Shown one piece after another: positions 59,535 to 64,000 of a stretch of DNA of 64,000 nt. The notes under the pieces are model-generated. The model saw nothing but the letters and a program-made list of their open reading frames with translations. It was not told the DNA's origin and did no database searches. Every line of letters starts with the position of its first letter. The first letter of the stretch is position 1. The stretch is taken from the NCBI GenBank assembly GCA_965225945.1, contig CBDDBZ010000038.1:224001-288000 (forward strand). Direction: 5' to 3'. The stretch comes from Alphaproteobacteria bacterium. Lineage in GTDB: Bacteria; Pseudomonadota; Alphaproteobacteria; GCA-2731375. The position numbers and the translations under genes were made by a program.

Positions 59535-61032
59535 GGCCGACCCCCCTCAAGCGGTCGTAGCGGGTGCAATCGGCCACCGGCTCAAAGCGAAGACGCAGGT
59601 TCGCGGGCGTCGGGATCGGCGCCGTCTCGGACGGCTGGCGCCGACGATTGAGGATGTTGAGCACGACGTCGGCGCTGCACACGCCGCCAGCGAGCGCCTC
59701 GGCACAGGCGGCCTCCACCGCCGCCAGCCCATCCGCCAGCACGGCGGTGAGGATCTCGACCATCTGCCTGTCGCCGTCGTCGTGGCCGGCGAGCCGGACG
59801 CGCACGCGACCCAGGGCGCCGGGCAGCGCCCAGTCCTTGAACGGCGCGCCGTTACGAAGCGCACCGGGCTTCCTCGCCAGCACGGGCACGTAGTGCCACG
59901 GGTCATAGACGGTCTGGTCGCGGCCGAAGCGCCGGGCATGCTCGGCGACGATCTCGCCGTCCTGGCGGATGACGATGCGATCGGCGTAGGCATGGACCTC
60001 GACCGGACGGCCGACGGCGCGCGCCGCCACGCTGTACTTGTTGCTGTCGAAGCGCACCAGGCAGGTCTTCGACACCGACGCCGGGACCGCGTGGAAGCCG
60101 TCGAACGGCCCGCGATAGCCGACCAGGGACGGACGCTCGTCCTCGAACACCTGCCAGACAGTCCTGTCCTTGAACACCGGGTGGGGATGACGCCGGGCGT
60201 AGGCGACGCACTGGTCCAAGAGCCAGGCGTTGAGTTCGTCGTAGGTCTTGAAGCGCAGCCGCGGGGTGAAGAACCGACCGCGGATGATCCCGACCTGGTT
60301 CTCGACCTGCCCCTTCTCCCATCCCGCTCCCGGCGTGCATGCTGTCGGTTCGACCAGGTAGTGGCCACACATCTGCACGAAGCGCCGGTTGAACGCGCGC
60401 TCCTTGCCGATGAGGACGGTCTGCACCGCCGTCTTCATGTTGTCGTAGATGCCTCGCCGGCAGGCACCCTGGAACAGCCGGAATGCCCGGTCGTGGGCGT
60501 CGAACACCATCTCCTGGCTCTCGCGCGGATAAGCGCGGACGAAGAACATTCGGCTGTGGCACAGCCGGACGTGCGCGACCTTGACCTTGGTCGTCACCCC
60601 CGCCAGCACCACGTACTCGTGGCTCCAGTCGAACTGATAGGCCTCGCCCGGCGAGAACACCAACGGCACATAGGTCTGCGCCGTCGATGCCGAACGGCGC
60701 CACCGCCACGCCTTGGCGTAGCGCCGCACCGCGTCGTAGCCGCCGCCATAGCCCAGACCCTCGAGGGCTTCGGAGATCCGTAGCAGCGTCAGCCGCTCCC
60801 GCTTCGACTTGGTCTCGTTGGCCTCCAGCATCCGCTCCAGCTCGGCCGTCCACGGCCCCAGCTTCGGCATCGGCTGGACCCGCCGGTCGTAGGTGAACGC
60901 CGTCGCCTGCGAACAGATCACCTTGCGCACCGTGTTGCGCGAGACCTTCACGTCCCGCACGATCTCCTTGATCGGCTTCCCCTTGACGAAATACTCCCGC
61001 CGGATCCGCGCTATCGTCTCCACGACCAACAT
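59521..61032 (-). CDS. istA: IstA
   Basis: Near-identical (R40C). Confidence 0.95.
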   Translation of the reverse strand: MLVVETIARIRREYFVKGKPIKEIVRDVKVSRNTVRKVICSQATAFTYDRRVQPMPKLGPWTAELERMLEANETKSKRERLTLLRISEALEGLGYGGGYDAVRRYAKAWRWRRSASTAQTYVPLVFSPGEAYQFDWSHEYVVLAGVTTKVKVAHVRLCHSRMFFVRAYPRESQEMVFDAHDRAFRLFQGACRRGIYDNMKTAVQTVLIGKERAFNRRFVQMCGHYLVEPTACTPGAGWEKGQVENQVGIIRGRFFTPRLRFKTYDELNAWLLDQCVAYARRHPHPVFKDRTVWQVFEDERPSLVGYRGPFDGFHAVPASVSKTCLVRFDSNKYSVAARAVGRPVEVHAYADRIVIRQDGEIVAEHARRFGRDQTVYDPWHYVPVLARKPGALRNGAPFKDWALPGALGRVRVRLAGHDDGDRQMVEILTAVLADGLAAVEAACAEALAGGVCSADVVLNILNRRRQPSETAPIPTPANLRLRFEPVADCTRYDRLRGVGHGAP

Positions 61033-61147
61033 CCCCCACCACCTCGTCCGCCCAAAAACGAGGTGACTTGGACTAGCCAGGCTCAGGGGGTCAAATTTGG
61101 ACGCCGATCACCCCTCAACAGGGGTCAACTTTGCACGCCGTTCCACA

Positions 61148-61534
61148 CAGATGATCGGCAAACTCGTAGCGGCGCCGCTCGGGCATCTCCTCGATCGCTT
61201 GAACCAGATGGCGCAGCGGATCCGCGCGCAAGAGCTTGCGCCCCCCTGGCGCGACGATCAGGCGATGCGTGCGCCGGTCGGCCTCGACCCACACGCGCCG
61301 CAGCAGGTCCCGGGCGACCAGGGCGTTGATCGTCTGCGAGGCACTGGACGGCGAGGTCTTGTTGTATTTGGCGAAGTTGCCGACGGTCCGGGCGCTTTCC
61401 TCGGAATTGGCGAAGTATCTGAGCGCGGTCCACTGCGTCGGCCGCAGGCCGCCCGTGAACCCCAGAGAGTAGGAGATCTGCGCGATGGTCTCGAGTATCT
61501 CCGCCGCAGCCTCCGAAGAGATCTTCGCCGCCAT
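61148..61534 (-). pseudogene. MarR-family regulator, 3' end cut by IS21
   Basis: GLRPTQWTAL, SASQTINALVARDL..DRR motifs. Confidence 0.75.
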
Positions 61535-61720
61535 GACGAACCGCCGCTTCACGACACACCGGCACGGCTCACGTCTTCCGTGGGGCACACGCGCCGCCGA
61601 TGCTAGAGCATGATCCGACCGCCCGCTTCGCCCGGCCTCGGCCGGCCCCGGCGTAGGCGAGTGGTGTAGCCCCGAATGGTGGCGAATGGCAACCTCGCGA
61701 TCGGCTCGCCTTGCGCCTAT

Positions 61721-61804
61721 GATGACGACTCGATGACGACTCGATGACGACATGGGGACGACATCGGGACGACATGGGGACGACATCGGGACGACATCGG
61801 GACG
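61721..61804 (+). repeat. 11-bp tandem repeat (NNNGACGACWY), 7 full units + 1 partial
   Basis: gatgacgactc x2, gatgacgacat, then ggggacgacat/cgggacgacat alternating. Confidence 0.9.
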
Positions 61805-61842
61805 GCCCCATGGGGTCGGCCGGCAATAGAGGAGGGACGTCG

Positions 61843-63003
61843 ATGACGGGCGCGCTGTCACATCTCAAGGTCGTGGACATCACCACCCATCTCTCGGGGC
61901 CCTATTGCGCCATGCTGCTCGCCGATCAGGGCGCGGAGGTGATCAAGGTCGAGCGGCCGGGCGAGGGCGACGTGCTGCGCCAGACGCCGCCCTTCATCGC
62001 GGGCGAGAGCGCGCCCTTCATGCTCTGGAACCGCAACAAGCGGAGCATCGAGCTGGATCTGAAGGCGCCGCCCGACCTGGAGATCTGCAAGCGACTGATC
62101 GCCGGCGCCGACATCATGATCGAGAACGCGCGGCCCGGCGTCATGGCCCGCCTCGGTCTCGGCTATGAGGCGATGCACGCGTTCAATCCCCGCCTGGTCT
62201 ACTGCTCGATTTCGGGATTTGGCCAGAGTGGGCCCTATTCGCCGCGCGGCGGCTTCGATCTGGTGGCGCAGGCGATGTCGGGCCTGATGGCGATCTCGGG
62301 CGACGAGGACGGCCCGCCCCATCGCCTGCCGATCGCGATCTCCGACACCAGCGCCGGGATGTTCGCGGCGGTCGGCATCCTCGCCGCGATCGCCCAGCGC
62401 GAGGTGAGCGGGGAGGGCCAGCAGGTCGACGTCTCGCTCTACGAATCGGCGATTTCCAAATGCGTCTACGAGGCCGCCAACTACTTCGCCACGAATGAGC
62501 GGCCGAGCAAGCTCGGCCAGCAGCATCGCGGCTCCTCGCCCTATCAGGTGTTCGAGACCAAGGACGGCTGGCTGGTCCTGGGCGGCGCGCAGCAGAACCT
62601 CTGGGCCAAATCGTGCAAGGTGCTCGGCTGCGAAGAGCTGTTGGAGGATCCGCGCTTCCTCACCAAGGCCGATCGGGTCCTGAACAACAAGGCCCTGGTG
62701 GCGCTGTTGCAGGCGCGCTTCATCACCGACAGCAACGAATCGTGGTTCGCCAAGCTCGACGCCGTCGGCGTTCCCGCCGGCCCGGTGCGCTATCACGACG
62801 AGGTCTTCACCGACCCCCACGTGCTGGCCCGCGAGATGGTGGTCGAGGTCGACCATCCCAAGGCCGGCCGCCAGCGCAACATCGGCACGCCGATCAAGCT
62901 CTCCGCCACCCCCGGTGGGGTGCGGCGAGCGGCGCCGCTCTTGGGCGAGCATACGGTGGAGATCCTGGCCGAGCTCGAGGCGCGGGAGCAGGCGGCGGAA
63001 TAG
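61843..63003 (+). CDS. CaiB/BaiF family III CoA-transferase
   Basis: GAEVIKVE, NRNKRS, ENARPG and SGFGQSGP..GFD motifs. Confidence 0.93.
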   Translation: MTGALSHLKVVDITTHLSGPYCAMLLADQGAEVIKVERPGEGDVLRQTPPFIAGESAPFMLWNRNKRSIELDLKAPPDLEICKRLIAGADIMIENARPGVMARLGLGYEAMHAFNPRLVYCSISGFGQSGPYSPRGGFDLVAQAMSGLMAISGDEDGPPHRLPIAISDTSAGMFAAVGILAAIAQREVSGEGQQVDVSLYESAISKCVYEAANYFATNERPSKLGQQHRGSSPYQVFETKDGWLVLGGAQQNLWAKSCKVLGCEELLEDPRFLTKADRVLNNKALVALLQARFITDSNESWFAKLDAVGVPAGPVRYHDEVFTDPHVLAREMVVEVDHPKAGRQRNIGTPIKLSATPGGVRRAAPLLGEHTVEILAELEAREQAAE

Positions 63004-63196
63004 CCCGCACCGGCGGCGAGGGGGCGGCGGCAAGGCGGCGGCTTCATCCAATCGCCCTTGCGTGCGACCGCGCTCGCGATCCGAACCGATCCTGAAATTT
63101 CGGACAACTCGAAGTCCCGCTGGCCGAGGGCGCGGTTCAACGCTTGCCGGGAGATCGACTATGATGGCGGGGCTACACGCGATCTCGGGGACCATC

Positions 63197-64000
63197 GTGG
63201 AAACAAAGGGCATGCGGCGTCGGCTCGCCGCGATCATGGGCGCCGATGTGGTCGGCTACAGCGCGCTGATGGCCGTCGACGAGGAAGGTACGCTCGCCCG
63301 CCTCAAGGCCCATCGCGAGGAACTGGTCGAGCCGACGATCGCCGCGCACGAAGGCCGCGTCGTCAAGCTGATGGGCGATGGCCTATTGGTGGAATTTCCG
63401 AGTGTCGTCGAGGCGGTGCGCGCCGCCGTCGAAGTTCAGCGCGGGATGGCCGAGCGCAATGCCGATACGCCCGAGGAACAACGGATCACCTTCAGAATTG
63501 GCGTCAATCAAGGCGACGTGATCGTCGACGGCGACGACATTTACGGCGACGGTGTCAACGTGGCGGCGCGACTGCAGGAACGCGCGACGCCCGGCGGCAT
63601 CTGCATATCCGATCGCGTCCACGGTGATATTCGCGGCCGGATCGACGTCGGCATCGACGATCTGGGTGATCAGGAACTGAAGAACATTCCCCAGCCCGTC
63701 CGTGTTTTTCGTGTGCTGACCGGACCCGACAGCGGCTCGCGCGCGAGCCGGGCGCTCGGATCACGACGCGTGACGAGACGCCTGGCACTGGCCGCCTCGG
63801 CGGCGCTCGTCGGCGGAATCGCCGGGCTGGCCACTTGGACCTGGTTCTGGTCGCCGGCACCGGCCGATCCGGATCTCGCGCACGCGACCAGGCCCTCGAT
63901 CGCGGTGCTGCCGTTCAGCAATCTCGGCAAGCCGGGTGAAGACGAATATTTCAGCGACGGCATTACCAACGACCTTATCAACGACCTCTCTAAATTCCGC
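63197..64000 (+). CDS. Class III adenylate/guanylate cyclase (runs off the window)
   Basis: RRLAAIMGADVVGYS, KLMGDG, GDGVNVAARLQ, TM segment, PSIAVLPF. Confidence 0.9.
   Translation, partial: METKGMRRRLAAIMGADVVGYSALMAVDEEGTLARLKAHREELVEPTIAAHEGRVVKLMGDGLLVEFPSVVEAVRAAVEVQRGMAERNADTPEEQRITFRIGVNQGDVIVDGDDIYGDGVNVAARLQERATPGGICISDRVHGDIRGRIDVGIDDLGDQELKNIPQPVRVFRVLTGPDSGSRASRALGSRRVTRRLALAASAALVGGIAGLATWTWFWSPAPADPDLAHATRPSIAVLPFSNLGKPGEDEYFSDGITNDLINDLSKFR

Larger units (their letters stand above)
58603..61147 (-). mobile_element. IS21-family element, copy 3
   Basis: 2545 bp, same ends as copy 2; no TSD. Confidence 0.95.

Noticed and set aside
61721-61804. Possible CRISPR array
   Set aside because: 11-bp units with no spacers, and no cas genes anywhere in the window.

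Overview
A GC-rich, probably alphaproteobacterial accessory region with no housekeeping genes. It is packed with insertion sequences: IS1595, IS256 and IS4 fragments, three IS21 copies, an IS66 carrying a DNA methylase, two IS3-like elements with 14-15 bp target duplications, two IS630, IS1182, IS110/IS1111 and a MITE. Between them lie isolated metabolic genes (GSTs, hydrolases, PhyH, cupin, amidase, TRAP transporter, CoA-transferase, adenylate cyclases), remnants of a phage-satellite-like element, and a tRNA-Lys att fragment flanked by two integrases. The most notable signal is a family of about 11 degenerate modular repeats. Each is built from lox/dif-like sites (RAYG.. arm / 6-nt core such as GGGTCA, TAGCCA or GGGGTA / ..CRTY arm), and together they bracket gene cassettes. 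Both copies of a 2.63-kb 'tyrosine integrase + IS91-like transposase' element sit exactly at the 'CA|' point where these repeats exchange flanks, although the transposase is frameshifted identically in both copies. Four truncated thermonuclease 5' ends also occur, three still attached to a repeat with a conserved promoter-like motif, each fused to unrelated cargo. Together this suggests an integron-like cassette capture/shuffling system that is not a classical attC integron. That interpretation is an inference from manual alignment and has not been tested. Several local duplications and one noisy segment may be assembly artefacts.
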